Notes: generated from the sequence alone by a model not told the origin. Positions 48,037-58,946 are shown, counted from the first letter of the stretch. The stretch: DNA of 64,000 nt from Patescibacteria group bacterium (GCA_028716665.1 JAQUPP010000001.1:192467-256466); one strand, 5' to 3'. A program made the numbers and translations.

Positions 48037-49098
48037 TTAAATTTCCAAGTTAGGATTAACTTTGATGGCTTGGAAATTTTTTGTGAGTTTTTTGATTTGT
48101 CCTGATTGCATGTTTTTATACTGTAAATAAGCCGCTGTGGCAATCATAACCGCGTTATCAGTGCACAATTTTCTCTCGGGAACATGGAAATCTATTTTTG
48201 TTGTCAGATTTTTAATTTTTTCTTCAAATTGTTTTCTTAATTCGTTGTTTGATGCCACACCACCGCAAAGAACAATTGATTTTACTTTGAATTTTTGTCC
48301 GGCATTGAGAGTTTTTTTGATTAAAACATCAATAATTGATTGCTGCGCTTCGGCACATACGGCTTGAATGAATTCATTTTTTGTTTTGTCATTTGTCAGA
48401 ATATTTTTATTTTTTTGGACCAGGTAGAAAACAGCTGTTTTTAATCCGGAAAAACTGAAATCAAAATCAGGCGAATTAAACATCGGACGAGGAAGACTAA
48501 CTTGTAGTTTTTGGTTTATAGTTTGCGGTTTTGCCGCTTTAGCGGCAATGGCCGGCCCCCCCGGATATCCGATATTAAGAAGTTTGGCTATCTTGTCAAA
48601 ACATTCTCCGGCCGCGTCATCGCGCGTTTGGCCGATTTTTTTGTATTTTGTTTGACTGGACATTAAAATCAATTCAGTGTGTCCTCCGGAAACAATCAGA
48701 CAAAGAGCCGGAAATTTAATTTTTTCGTTATTAATGAAATTAGCGCAGATATGCCCTTTTAAATGATTAATACCCATTAAAGGAATTTTTTTGGCATAAG
48801 AAAAAGTCTTGGCGGTTTCTATGCCGACCAAAAGCGAAGTTACCAATCCCGGTCCTTGAGTAACGGCGATTAAATCAATTTTTTTATTTTTCAGAATTTC
48901 CAATGATTTTTGAATAACGGGCAATATATTTTCAATATGAGCCCGAGCCGCTATTTCCGGAATAATGCCGCCGTATTTACGATGAATCGGTATTTGCGAA
49001 GAAATGATATTTGATAAAATTTCAATTTTACCGCCCGAAGTTTTAATAACCGAGGCGGCTGTTTCATCGCAAGATGTTTCAATGCCTAAAATAATCAT
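48037..49098 (-). CDS. tsaD: tRNA N6-threonylcarbamoyltransferase TsaD
   Basis: GIETSCDET, H..GH, VSGGHT, DDAAGE, FSFSGLKT, TDNA. Confidence 0.96.
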   Translation of the reverse strand: MIILGIETSCDETAASVIKTSGGKIEILSNIISSQIPIHRKYGGIIPEIAARAHIENILPVIQKSLEILKNKKIDLIAVTQGPGLVTSLLVGIETAKTFSYAKKIPLMGINHLKGHICANFINNEKIKFPALCLIVSGGHTELILMSSQTKYKKIGQTRDDAAGECFDKIAKLLNIGYPGGPAIAAKAAKPQTINQKLQVSLPRPMFNSPDFDFSFSGLKTAVFYLVQKNKNILTNDKTKNEFIQAVCAEAQQSIIDVLIKKTLNAGQKFKVKSIVLCGGVASNNELRKQFEEKIKNLTTKIDFHVPERKLCTDNAVMIATAAYLQYKNMQSGQIKKLTKNFQAIKVNPNLEI

Positions 49099-49165
49099 GA
49101 CTTTATCTTATCACAAATTTTCCTTTTGACAAATTTATTTAATTATGATAATATGAATAAATTAT

Positions 49166-49240
49166 GCCGCTATCGTCTAGTGGTTAGGACACCAGGTTTT
49201 CATCCTGGTAACCGGGGTTCGATTCCCCGTAGCGGTACCA
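49166..49240 (+). tRNA. tRNA-Glu(TTC)
   Basis: ccagg-ttTTCat-cctgg, GGTTCGATTCC, encoded CCA. Confidence 0.95.
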
Positions 49241-50720
49241 AACCTACTTTTTGATGCGTAGATTGCTCAATCAGCTGATAGATAAGCGATATTTCGGCGG
49301 TTCCAAACTTCCCAGCTTTATATGTCACTCTTTGAGGAAATATAAGATTTTGAAATCGCTGTTTCTGTTCTAAATTCATATCGAACCACAATCTTGGAAT
49401 ATTCTTAATAAATTCTAGAGCATAATCAAGAGCTGATTTAATATCAAACTCTTCAATAATGGACTCGTTCATAGATAGCCTAGTCACGGCTATTTTTTCG
49501 TTTATACTCTCTTTTTCTTTAAGAAATTCTTCGTCGGTGAATAATTCTTTCTTTTTCATCTCAATAATTTTTTCTTTTTCTTTCTCTAATTTTTCTAACT
49601 CTTTTTTATATAATAAATTGTCCTGATTTAAATCTTTATATTTTTCCTGCCAAACATCAAGAACAATTTGTTTAAATAATTTTATATAATTTTCCTTGGG
49701 AGTAATTTTTTTTAAAAACTTTATAAAATCTTTTTCTATTTTGACTTTATGAATAGCTTTAGCGTAATGGGAACATTCCCGATTATGACAATGATAATAG
49801 GGGTATCTTTTGTTTCTTCCTCGAGACCAACTGGCCGTTAGGGGTTTTCCGCAATAACCACAAATGACAAAATGTCTTAAGGGAAATTCTGGATTTTGTC
49901 CATTTCTTGACCCTGAGTTAACGGATCTGCCCCGCATAATTAATTGCGCTTTCATAAATTCTTCCATATTTACCATCGACTGGTGTTTTCCTTCTATTTC
50001 TTCCTTGGTCCAAGGATTAATCAGTATTCCAGCATAAAATTTATTATTAAACATTTTTTTTATTGTTTGGGGATACATTGTATGACCCTTTTTTGTTGTT
50101 AGCTTCCATTGGTTTGCCATCTTGGCGATATCAGTAATAGAATAGATGCCTTTTAAATATTCTTTCCAAAGTTTTTTAACTAATTTAAATCTTTTTTCAT
50201 CAGGAATATCAATTTTTCTTTCTGTTCTGTCTCTACTCGCCTTATATCCGGTGGGAGGCACCCACGGCCAGATGCCTTCTTCAATTCTTTTTTGCATACC
50301 GCCAATAGTTCTTATTGTTCTTATGTCATTATCAAACTGAGCAAAACCAGCTAATACAGTTTCCATTAAATGCCCTTGAGGGTCGTCACCAATAGGTTCG
50401 GTTACAGAGTGGATACTTACTCCATATTTAGTTAATAAGACTTTAATACCAAAATGGTCGGAAGCATTTCTGGCAAGTCTGTCAACTTTCCAAACAATAA
50501 GGGCATCTACTTTGCCTTTATTCGCCTGACAAAATTCTAAAAGTTTAAGCAATTGAGTTCTTTCCTTGAATTTAGCCGATTCTCCTTCTTCTATAAATTT
50601 TTTAAAAACTTGAATTCCTTTATCTTTGGCATATTCAAGACAAGCCTTTTCTTGCATATCAAGGCTGGTCCCTTGTACCTGTTCTTTTGATGAAACACGA
50701 CAATAAATTATTCCATTCAT
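49200..50720 (-). CDS. Large serine recombinase (integrase); 3' end runs antisense into tRNA-Glu
   Basis: YCRVSS, GESA, VDRLAR, recombinase domain, CGYCG..YYHC zinc ribbon, coiled coil. Confidence 0.93.
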   Translation of the reverse strand: MNGIIYCRVSSKEQVQGTSLDMQEKACLEYAKDKGIQVFKKFIEEGESAKFKERTQLLKLLEFCQANKGKVDALIVWKVDRLARNASDHFGIKVLLTKYGVSIHSVTEPIGDDPQGHLMETVLAGFAQFDNDIRTIRTIGGMQKRIEEGIWPWVPPTGYKASRDRTERKIDIPDEKRFKLVKKLWKEYLKGIYSITDIAKMANQWKLTTKKGHTMYPQTIKKMFNNKFYAGILINPWTKEEIEGKHQSMVNMEEFMKAQLIMRGRSVNSGSRNGQNPEFPLRHFVICGYCGKPLTASWSRGRNKRYPYYHCHNRECSHYAKAIHKVKIEKDFIKFLKKITPKENYIKLFKQIVLDVWQEKYKDLNQDNLLYKKELEKLEKEKEKIIEMKKKELFTDEEFLKEKESINEKIAVTRLSMNESIIEEFDIKSALDYALEFIKNIPRLWFDMNLEQKQRFQNLIFPQRVTYKAGKFGTAEISLIYQLIEQSTHQKVGLVPLRGIEPRLPG

Positions 50721-51119
50721 AAATTTATTTTTTAAATAATAAAGGGTTAACCCTTACTTGGACACAATCTATTTCAAGAATAGATTATTAAAGCAGGTGT
50801 TAACCCCTATTTATCAAAACGACCGAAGTCGTATTGAATAAAAAATATTCTTGTTGATTGTGTCCACTGTTAATTATAGCGACTTGCAAGCTATCGTCAA
50901 GACGACAGCGATGTCGCCCCTTTTTTATTATGCTTAATTTCATCTTTCTGCCAAAAATCAAAAATAATATAAGCTTGAGCATAAAGATTATCTCTTATAC
51001 TCTCTATTTGTTGATCTGTTAAATTTTTGGCTTCTTTGCCGATAATCTCTCGGCATTTTTCTAAATCAAGCATATAATTTTAACTAATAAAGATACATTC
51101 GACCCTAAAATCGCGTCTA

Positions 51120-51431
51120 TCACGCTCTCTCACGCTCTGTCGATGCTCCCTGCGACTGATAGCCGTCCAGCATTGGTCTTATAACCTCATGTATATAATT
51201 TCTAGCTTGCGCGATAGCTTGCCCTACAGACCTTAACGTTTTCTCGTCGCTAAGAATGGCAAGTTCTTTTGTTTTCAAGTCAAAAATGTCCCGAATAACC
51301 GACTCCAAGTCTATATAAAACCAATCATTGTTTTGATTATGATTTTTTCGGAGAATATATTGACGTTCATCTGCCCAAACTTCTAAATCCTCGTCTATCC
51401 GACAAATTAATTGTTGTTTTGATAGTTTCAT
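51120..51431 (-). CDS. Hypothetical protein
   Basis: ORF in the island; ATG at 51431 is plausible but the start is uncertain. Confidence 0.5.
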   Translation of the reverse strand: MKLSKQQLICRIDEDLEVWADERQYILRKNHNQNNDWFYIDLESVIRDIFDLKTKELAILSDEKTLRSVGQAIAQARNYIHEVIRPMLDGYQSQGASTERERA

Positions 51432-51564
51432 AATTTTAAATTTTGAATTAATTATCTCTCTATAGATAGATGGCGAAAATTCGCCCTCTTTACCCCAAAA
51501 ATAAAAAACCCTCATATTTATGAGAGTTTTAATGACAACTATTATAACTTATTAAGGTGATTAA

Positions 51565-52548
51565 TTATTCATTGTCATCGCGTATTTTTGGCGTTTGTTC
51601 CTTATAAAATTCTTCTATACCTAAATCATCTTTATCATTCCTATTTTTTGAATCTTTTTTTTCTACATCTTCCGATTTGAGAGGAATTAATGTAATTTTT
51701 ATCTGATATGAATTTACTTTTTTCTTTTTAAGGGGATTGTAATGATTATATGGGAAAAATGGGTCATAATCTATTTTAAAATAATCTTGAAGATTTTTTG
51801 CTAATTTTTCTTTAGCTTTTATATATGAATCCTTTGCTTCTGAATTTTGAGGGGTTATTTCTCCATAATTATCTGCTAAAATCTTTAAAAATGTCCATTG
51901 TATATCTGGTTTTGTTTGCCTCTTGTCTTCAAACCCCATTGTTTTATAGCTCAACCTTTCTTTATATTGTCTAACTTGAATTAAAATATTCTCTTTATCT
52001 TCAAATTTAATAATGAAATTTTCCCATATTGTTCCAGCTGGCAGTTTATAAGGGAACTTACCTTCATTTGATGATTTATTCTCTTGAATAATGGTGTCTA
52101 AAAATAATTTTTCATTAGCCATTCTGAGAAACTCTTTGTATTTATCCCTGCAATCTATAACCAATTTTTTTAATTCTTTATAATATTTATTCCACAATTT
52201 CTCTTTTTCCCCTCCAGCATGTCTCATTTTGGGGTGTAATTCGTATATATCGACAGGGCCCTCTTCAAACTTAAGTTCGTTATCAGAAAAATGTGTCTCT
52301 ATAAATTTCCACAAAGAGTCAAATGATTTGTTAAAATCTTTATAATTTTTATTTAATCCAAGGTCTCCATATTCTGATAGAATAGTTTTTGAATATCCCG
52401 CATATTGAAAAAATATTTCACTATGAGGATTAATAGAATATCCATTATTATACAATTCATTAAGTAAACAATATATGCCTTCTTCGGGGAGGATTTTTAA
52501 GAATTTTTTAAATCTTCCTTTGTCGCTAAATTCTTCTATTGAGTCCAT
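51565..52548 (-). CDS. Hypothetical protein (possible C-terminal wHTH)
   Basis: 327-aa ORF in the island. Confidence 0.65.
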   Translation of the reverse strand: MDSIEEFSDKGRFKKFLKILPEEGIYCLLNELYNNGYSINPHSEIFFQYAGYSKTILSEYGDLGLNKNYKDFNKSFDSLWKFIETHFSDNELKFEEGPVDIYELHPKMRHAGGEKEKLWNKYYKELKKLVIDCRDKYKEFLRMANEKLFLDTIIQENKSSNEGKFPYKLPAGTIWENFIIKFEDKENILIQVRQYKERLSYKTMGFEDKRQTKPDIQWTFLKILADNYGEITPQNSEAKDSYIKAKEKLAKNLQDYFKIDYDPFFPYNHYNPLKKKKVNSYQIKITLIPLKSEDVEKKDSKNRNDKDDLGIEEFYKEQTPKIRDDNE

Positions 52549-52659
52549 ATTAAATCTTTAACAAAAATGTTTATATAGATATATAATATCATATATAAAA
52601 ATTTTGTCGCCTCTGGACATTTGTTATTTTTATGTTATCATGAAAATAACAATTTAATT

Positions 52660-52813
52660 TGCCTAAACTCATGGATTTTCTGTGGGCATGGCAATAAAAC
52701 CTGTGATGGATATTGAGCTCGTCGTTAGAGCACCATCACAGGTCTATATCCGAAAGGGTGTAGGGTGACGCAAGTCATCGCTAGCGGCGGGCTTTATGTA
52801 TTCCCGCCAAAAA
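52660..52813 (+). ncRNA. Candidate structured RNA or leader
   Basis: Four consecutive stems with GAAA and GCAA tetraloops and G-U pairs, downstream of TGGACA..TG-TATCAT. Confidence 0.55.
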
Positions 52814-52866
52814 ATTTAAAAAAATAAAAGTTGAGTTAACATAATTAATAATTAATTTTTATTTAT

Positions 52867-53538
52867 ATGGACAAAGAAGAAAAGAAACTTATTACTAATA
52901 ATAACAGCCCTGAAACTTTTGACTCTTCTTCCTCTGCACATCATTTTAAGGGTAGTGAAGAAGAGAAAAGACTTACTGATCTTGTAGATGAACAAAAGAC
53001 TACTATTCAAGAAAAGGATGAATATATTTCATCTCTTGAAGAAGCTCTTGAAGAAAAGTCTATCGAAGAAGAAACTAAAGTTAAAAAACTTAGCGACAAT
53101 AATTTTTTAAAAAGTAAAAACCATAAAGTTTTATACATCATTATTACTGTTTTAGTTTTAATTATTATCGGTGGCGGACTTTTTTTCTTTTTGGGTAACA
53201 ATGATGTGCGAAAAGAAACACAAGCACCTAAAGGATTTGTTGATTGTGGTGAGACAACAGCATATCCTTCATGTTTTTTAAACAGAATGAATGAATGCTT
53301 GCCCGTAACCGAAAAAATGATGGACACAGACGACTCAGGAAATTTTATAGAGATAACAATTTTAGGGAAAGAAAATGAAACTTGTCATTTTCAGGCAAAG
53401 ATGAATAATATTTTAATAAGTGACTGTTATTTTCCAAAAGGGACGCTACAATATAATACTATTTGGCAAACCCTTGGAAGCTACAATGGCTCTAGCTCGC
53501 AAAAAGCAGTTGATGAGAACTGTAAGTCAGGATGGTAA
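52867..53538 (+). CDS. Single-pass membrane protein with Cys-rich external domain
   Basis: Coiled coil, TM, six Cys. Confidence 0.7.
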   Translation: MDKEEKKLITNNNSPETFDSSSSAHHFKGSEEEKRLTDLVDEQKTTIQEKDEYISSLEEALEEKSIEEETKVKKLSDNNFLKSKNHKVLYIIITVLVLIIIGGGLFFFLGNNDVRKETQAPKGFVDCGETTAYPSCFLNRMNECLPVTEKMMDTDDSGNFIEITILGKENETCHFQAKMNNILISDCYFPKGTLQYNTIWQTLGSYNGSSSQKAVDENCKSGW

Positions 53539-53574
53539 ATAGCACCGTGTAGTAAAATTTGACGTTATAAAAAT

Positions 53575-54573
53575 ATGAAAATAAAACAATTAATAAAAAA
53601 ATGCCCAAGAAGTTTAGAAGATGTTTTTATAGAAAAAATTACTAAACTCGCCATTAGTAAATTAGGAGGAAAAAACGCAGAAGATATCAAAAATAAAGTT
53701 GAAGAAATTACAAAGTTGTCATTTACTGAAGAAAATCTATCTAAGATATTAAAAATTTTAGAAGAATTACCAATAAATAATATTTATAGATTAGAAGAAA
53801 AAGATGGAACTATATCTCTTTGGCAGATTGTATCTTCTTTATTTTTTTGGGGATGGATTCTGATTTTGCTATTTCTCCCCTTTATTTATTATGAAGAATT
53901 TATGGAAAAAATAGATAATCCTTATGGTACCCTAATCTATATCTTGGCAACCACGTTATACTTATTTGTACCGCTTGGCATTTTATTTGCCTTTCGACCA
54001 AAATGGACAAAGGAAGTAAAACAACCAATAATTAAAAAAGATGATAAATTTATGAAAGAAAAAAATAATAAAACTATATCTCTTTGGCAGACTGTATTTA
54101 TATGGACAAGCATTTGGTTTTTAATTCTTTTTTTCTTTCTTTATGGAGTGAGCGATAAAGACGCAAACCTTCCTTATGCCCTATTATTAAGTATTTTTTT
54201 ATCTATACCGCTTGGCATTTTATTTGCCTTTCGACCAAAATGGACAAAGGAAGTAAAACAACCAATAATTAAAAAGCCGCAAAAAATAAAACAATTAATA
54301 ATTAAGTTATATTTTTTAATAAAAAGATACATGGCAGAAATGTTTGTAATTTTGGGTGCTTATCTTGTTGGGATAAATTCCACTCCCAAACAACAATGCG
54401 ATTCTTATAGTGGGTCACCTTTTTTTTCACATATATTGGGAGGAGGGGAAGGAGAGACGTGGACATGTTGGAATACTTACAATAAAGGAGCATTGGGCAT
54501 AGGGTGGATTATTTTGGCCTTAGGAATAGTTATTTTAGCAAATAGATATTTACCCAGGAGAGATAAAAAATAA
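53575..54573 (+). CDS. Multi-pass membrane protein with internal duplication
   Basis: TISLWQ...PLGILFAFRPKWTKEVKQPIIKK occurs twice. Confidence 0.7.
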   Translation: MKIKQLIKKCPRSLEDVFIEKITKLAISKLGGKNAEDIKNKVEEITKLSFTEENLSKILKILEELPINNIYRLEEKDGTISLWQIVSSLFFWGWILILLFLPFIYYEEFMEKIDNPYGTLIYILATTLYLFVPLGILFAFRPKWTKEVKQPIIKKDDKFMKEKNNKTISLWQTVFIWTSIWFLILFFFLYGVSDKDANLPYALLLSIFLSIPLGILFAFRPKWTKEVKQPIIKKPQKIKQLIIKLYFLIKRYMAEMFVILGAYLVGINSTPKQQCDSYSGSPFFSHILGGGEGETWTCWNTYNKGALGIGWIILALGIVILANRYLPRRDKK

Positions 54574-54574
54574 A

Positions 54575-55294
54575 ATGAAACTAAAATTAGCCACAAGAAT
54601 TTACATATGCTCATTCATCGTAATTTTTGGTTTAATTATTTTTTATCATCAATACAATATTGATTCAATAAACAAAAAAGAAAAAGAACAAAAAGAAGCG
54701 ATCAGAATCCAATCTTGGGAAAAAGCTCACCAAGAAGCCGAGGATGCGCTGCATTATGGCGAATTACATCCCAACGAGCCATATTCTGACGGAAAAGAAG
54801 TACTATCTCCCAATGGCGAATTATCGGTTTTTGTACAAAATTATCCGGACAGACCTAGTTTCAAGCTTAATGAAATTTGGATACGAGACAAAAAGAATCA
54901 CACGGAAAAATTATTAGTAGGGAATATGTTTGAAAATGATGTTCTCTGTGATTTTTCCTCAATAGTTTTTTCTTTTGATGCAAAAAAAATTTATTTTAAT
55001 AATTATAATGATGGACAAAATGATGAAATTTATGTTGCTGATATTTCTACTGGCGTATTAAAAGATATTTCAGTTGGCGATCCATTTGACGTTATAACCA
55101 AAGGAGTATATAAAGGAAAATTGTTTACCTCAAAACATAAATATTACGAAGAAGGAGGTTCTTATGACCATTGGTATATTATTGATGAAAATGATGGTCA
55201 TGAAATTAAAGATCTCGGCGAATCTACACCACTGGAAAAATTGAAAGAGGAATATGGTTTACTCCACTTATTTTCTGAATTGAACAGTGAGTAG
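54575..55294 (+). CDS. Membrane-anchored protein with partial beta-propeller (TolB-like) repeats
   Basis: N-terminal TM; LSPNG and FSFDAKKIYF repeats. Confidence 0.6.
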   Translation: MKLKLATRIYICSFIVIFGLIIFYHQYNIDSINKKEKEQKEAIRIQSWEKAHQEAEDALHYGELHPNEPYSDGKEVLSPNGELSVFVQNYPDRPSFKLNEIWIRDKKNHTEKLLVGNMFENDVLCDFSSIVFSFDAKKIYFNNYNDGQNDEIYVADISTGVLKDISVGDPFDVITKGVYKGKLFTSKHKYYEEGGSYDHWYIIDENDGHEIKDLGESTPLEKLKEEYGLLHLFSELNSE

Positions 55295-55472
55295 CACAAC
55301 AAGGTAATTTTCTAAATAGTTTGAATAATTTTGAGGGCAGGGGTATTTAAAAAATGCTTTATTCAAGCAGTTTTTTTATTAACTTTTTCGTTAAAAATGC
55401 TATAATAAAAAGAGTTTATATAATTATAAAAAAGATAAAAACTATTCATAAATATTAGAAAAATTAGCAAAT

Positions 55473-56135
55473 ATGAGGAATAAAAAATATACAAATCCGA
55501 GACCCCAAATACCTGTAGCAACTAAACGAGAAATTAAGATTGAGGCTCGTCATTCTTGTTTAGTTTGCAAGGAAAGAGTTTCTTTAGTTTTACATCACAT
55601 AGATGGGAATCGTGAAAATAATGACTCCGATAATATTATTAACATATGTAGTAATTGTCACGGCATGGTGCATGATGGGAAAATCACAGCGATTGAACTA
55701 CGTGAATACAAGCGTAAAGTAAAAGAAGGTGACGAAGAATTGATTAAATTAAGAGAAGCGGTAAGTTACCTTTTAGGTTCAAAACAAATCAGTATCTCAA
55801 GCGATTTTGGAAAATTAAAATTTAAATATCAAAACCTATTAAATGATTACGGAGATAAATTAATTTTTTATCAGTCTTTTGTTTTTCTTATCCCAGAATT
55901 TTATATTGATAAGCGTGGCGAAGAAATTAGGGCTGTGGTGAGGGATTTACTAAATTTATCTTCAGATGAAGAAAATATGATTATCACCCACCTTATTAGA
56001 CTTGATTTAATTGAGATTATTGGAGGTTTGATTATCCTGAAAAATAAGGATGATGCAAAGACAGCTCTTAACGAATTAATAAATTCTCATAAAATTGAAA
56101 TAAATAAGCTTATCAAAAAATTTGTTGAATTATGA
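55473..56135 (+). CDS. HNH endonuclease-domain protein
   Basis: CLVC..LHHID.NRENN..DN....CSNCH..VH. Confidence 0.88.
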   Translation: MRNKKYTNPRPQIPVATKREIKIEARHSCLVCKERVSLVLHHIDGNRENNDSDNIINICSNCHGMVHDGKITAIELREYKRKVKEGDEELIKLREAVSYLLGSKQISISSDFGKLKFKYQNLLNDYGDKLIFYQSFVFLIPEFYIDKRGEEIRAVVRDLLNLSSDEENMIITHLIRLDLIEIIGGLIILKNKDDAKTALNELINSHKIEINKLIKKFVEL

Positions 56136-58561
56136 AAAATCAGAAACAAATTTTATCAAAATTAATGAATCTTGATAATAAACAGGCTGATAAGTATCTG
56201 TCTAATTTTGCTAATGAAATTAAAAAAAGAATCATTTCCAGTAAGGATAATGATAAAATATTTGAAGCAATTGATATTCTTCGTGAGTTTGTTTATAAAG
56301 TTCCAAAGCAGACTATTAAGATAGTTAATCATATCATTCACAATCCGAAAGAGCCGAAATTAATAAAAAATCCAATAAGGTTTTTCTATGGTAAAAGCCA
56401 TTTGGATGTGGTTATAAAAGCATTAGAATTACTTGACCAACTTCGTTATATCTACGCCGATGGTGTTTTACCTATATTAGAAGAAATTATTTTGACTGGG
56501 GGTAAAGATGAAAAAAATAAAGCCATTGAAATTGTAAAACATTTTACAAAGTATGATTTTAATGTTCTTTCTAAATCAAAAATTGGGTATGGAGCACAAA
56601 GGAAAATCCTTGATTACATTTTGGTATGGTCGATTGAAAAACAAATTGAAAATTTTGATTTTATTGAAGTAGCCACACAAGAACTTTTAGGATCGTCAGT
56701 AGAGGGGACGACATCGGGAATAAATAAAGAGTCACAATATACCTTAACAATGCATTTTGGAGTTGTTCAGCCAACTGATTTTTTAAAAAATATTCGCCGT
56801 GAGACGATTAATTTAATATTCAATCTTTATAAAAACGTAACTGACGAACAGAAAAAGATAAGATTAGTAAAAATTCTTGAAGAGGCAGTAAGGACACCGA
56901 TTAATGTAGTTTATAGTGAAAACGTAAGAAAAATGATTATTGATGACGCTCAATATTTATTAACTATTTATAGAGAGATGCTTTTTAAGGACGGTAAATT
57001 AGTTGGTAGTATTCCAGTCGCTGAAGAAATAGAGAAGAGGTTTCATTGGTTTTATAGAAGTGGAAAATTAGATACACTTGAAGCTAGAAAATTAAGGAAA
57101 GATATTTTGACAGATTCTTTCTATTCTATATTTCGTTTATTTGCTGGCGATGATATTGTTTTTCGTGAAGAAGAAGGCCGAGACAAAGCAGAATCAAGGC
57201 GTGGTCAAGCTATTGATACTAAAGTCGCAGAGATTGATGACTCTAATTTAAATAAATGGATTAATACTCTTAATAAAGTTGCAGAACAAATTGGTTTTGT
57301 AGCCGATTGGCAATTTAATCCTTTTAAAATGTTTCTAAGAAAATTAGCCGCAAAAAAACCAGACATAGCCTCAACGATATTTAATGATGCTCTAGATAAT
57401 AATAAACCGATGAAAAATCTTGCTACGCATATTTTAGATGGTTTTCGTGATATTGGTCGTCTTGATTTATGGGATACAACTGTTGAAAAAATAATAGATA
57501 AGCAAGAAATTAATTTAATCAGTGCAATTATATATTCACTTAATATCAATAGAGAAGGATTTGATTTGTCAAAAGAAATTCGGGAACAGGATTTAATATT
57601 ACTTGAAGACATTGTCAGACTAACTGGGAATTTCACTTTTCTCACTAATCAAGAAGGAAATAATTGGACCTTACAGTACGCCATTATTAATGCGCTCACA
57701 AGGAATTTCAAGCGTGATCCTATCCGTATTGAAGCTCTTATACTTGAAATGATTCAAAAATATCAAGAAAAAAAAGACTCTCTTGTTAGAGAATTGGAGT
57801 TCGGGATTATAAGGGGAGGGGTTGATTATAGCGAATTTAGTAAAAAGGGTATTAATCTTTTAAAATCATTACTTGTGGAATTAGATAATTTAGATTGGGA
57901 CGCCCAGCACCTATTATTGAATCTTGGCAAAAAGGATATTCAAATAATCTTCGACATATTTTGGGATAGAATCGAGAAAGGTTCAAAGAAAAGAAAGGGT
58001 AAAAAAATTTTTGCTGAGGTGGAACGTTATCAGGCAATTCCTTACTATTTTAATGATGATTTGAAAAGATATCTTTCTACTTATCCGCAATTTCAGGTTT
58101 TAATTAAGAAATGGCTTAACAAAGTCACTCTTACTTGGTCGCCATATAATTGGAATATCGGTCATTTTCTTAAAAAGATAAACTCATTAACAGTTGTAAT
58201 TAAAAATATGATTGAATGTGGAGATGAAAATAATTTGACCAAGGCTGTGCAATTAATGGATCAATTTGAAGGTGGCAATATAGAATTAAGTATCGAAATA
58301 ATTAAAAAAACTAAAAGTAAGAAAAATATAGGCCATATTGAAGGGATGTTATTTTCCACTGGTGTAGTTTCGGGAGAGGATGGAATCGCACGCGTCCATG
58401 AAGCAAAAGCAGAGACCTTAAAAAAATATTTAAACGACGGGAATAAGCAAGTGAAAAAATTTGCCAAAAAAATGATTAAAAGTCTTAAGGATAGTGCAAA
58501 AAGAGAACGTCAGAGAATCCAAGAAGAGAAGCAGCTACGCAAGGTCGAATTTGAGGGCTAG
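56132..58561 (+). CDS. Large alpha-helical (HEAT/ARM-like) protein coupled to the HNH gene
   Basis: ATGA overlap; 809 aa with amphipathic-helix pattern; no Walker A seen. Confidence 0.75.
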   Translation: MKNQKQILSKLMNLDNKQADKYLSNFANEIKKRIISSKDNDKIFEAIDILREFVYKVPKQTIKIVNHIIHNPKEPKLIKNPIRFFYGKSHLDVVIKALELLDQLRYIYADGVLPILEEIILTGGKDEKNKAIEIVKHFTKYDFNVLSKSKIGYGAQRKILDYILVWSIEKQIENFDFIEVATQELLGSSVEGTTSGINKESQYTLTMHFGVVQPTDFLKNIRRETINLIFNLYKNVTDEQKKIRLVKILEEAVRTPINVVYSENVRKMIIDDAQYLLTIYREMLFKDGKLVGSIPVAEEIEKRFHWFYRSGKLDTLEARKLRKDILTDSFYSIFRLFAGDDIVFREEEGRDKAESRRGQAIDTKVAEIDDSNLNKWINTLNKVAEQIGFVADWQFNPFKMFLRKLAAKKPDIASTIFNDALDNNKPMKNLATHILDGFRDIGRLDLWDTTVEKIIDKQEINLISAIIYSLNINREGFDLSKEIREQDLILLEDIVRLTGNFTFLTNQEGNNWTLQYAIINALTRNFKRDPIRIEALILEMIQKYQEKKDSLVRELEFGIIRGGVDYSEFSKKGINLLKSLLVELDNLDWDAQHLLLNLGKKDIQIIFDIFWDRIEKGSKKRKGKKIFAEVERYQAIPYYFNDDLKRYLSTYPQFQVLIKKWLNKVTLTWSPYNWNIGHFLKKINSLTVVIKNMIECGDENNLTKAVQLMDQFEGGNIELSIEIIKKTKSKKNIGHIEGMLFSTGVVSGEDGIARVHEAKAETLKKYLNDGNKQVKKFAKKMIKSLKDSAKRERQRIQEEKQLRKVEFEG

Positions 58562-58946
58562 TATTAAGCGATAGTTGATAGTTTATATCAAATTTAAATC
58601 TCTACCGAGAAAATCTCAAAAAGTTGATGCTATCTTGATAGTCATCAATCTTAAATTATTTTATTTTCTCAATCAGAGGATTAATATATTTCCTACGAGG
58701 GCGAATAGTGGCTAAATAACTGTTTTTGCCTTATAATAAAGACTTTTAGAGCATTATCATTATTTTCCTGTGATGTCGCCTTTAATATCAGTGCTAACCA
58801 TTAAAAAACTTTATATTTAATACACGACATCGCTATCGCCTAAAATTTTATAATTTTAAAAAAATTTCTAGCACAGGGACTGTATTCTTACCGACCAAAA
58901 CAATTTTTTAGGGGAATACCCCCCCTAGGAAATTTGATTAAAATAT

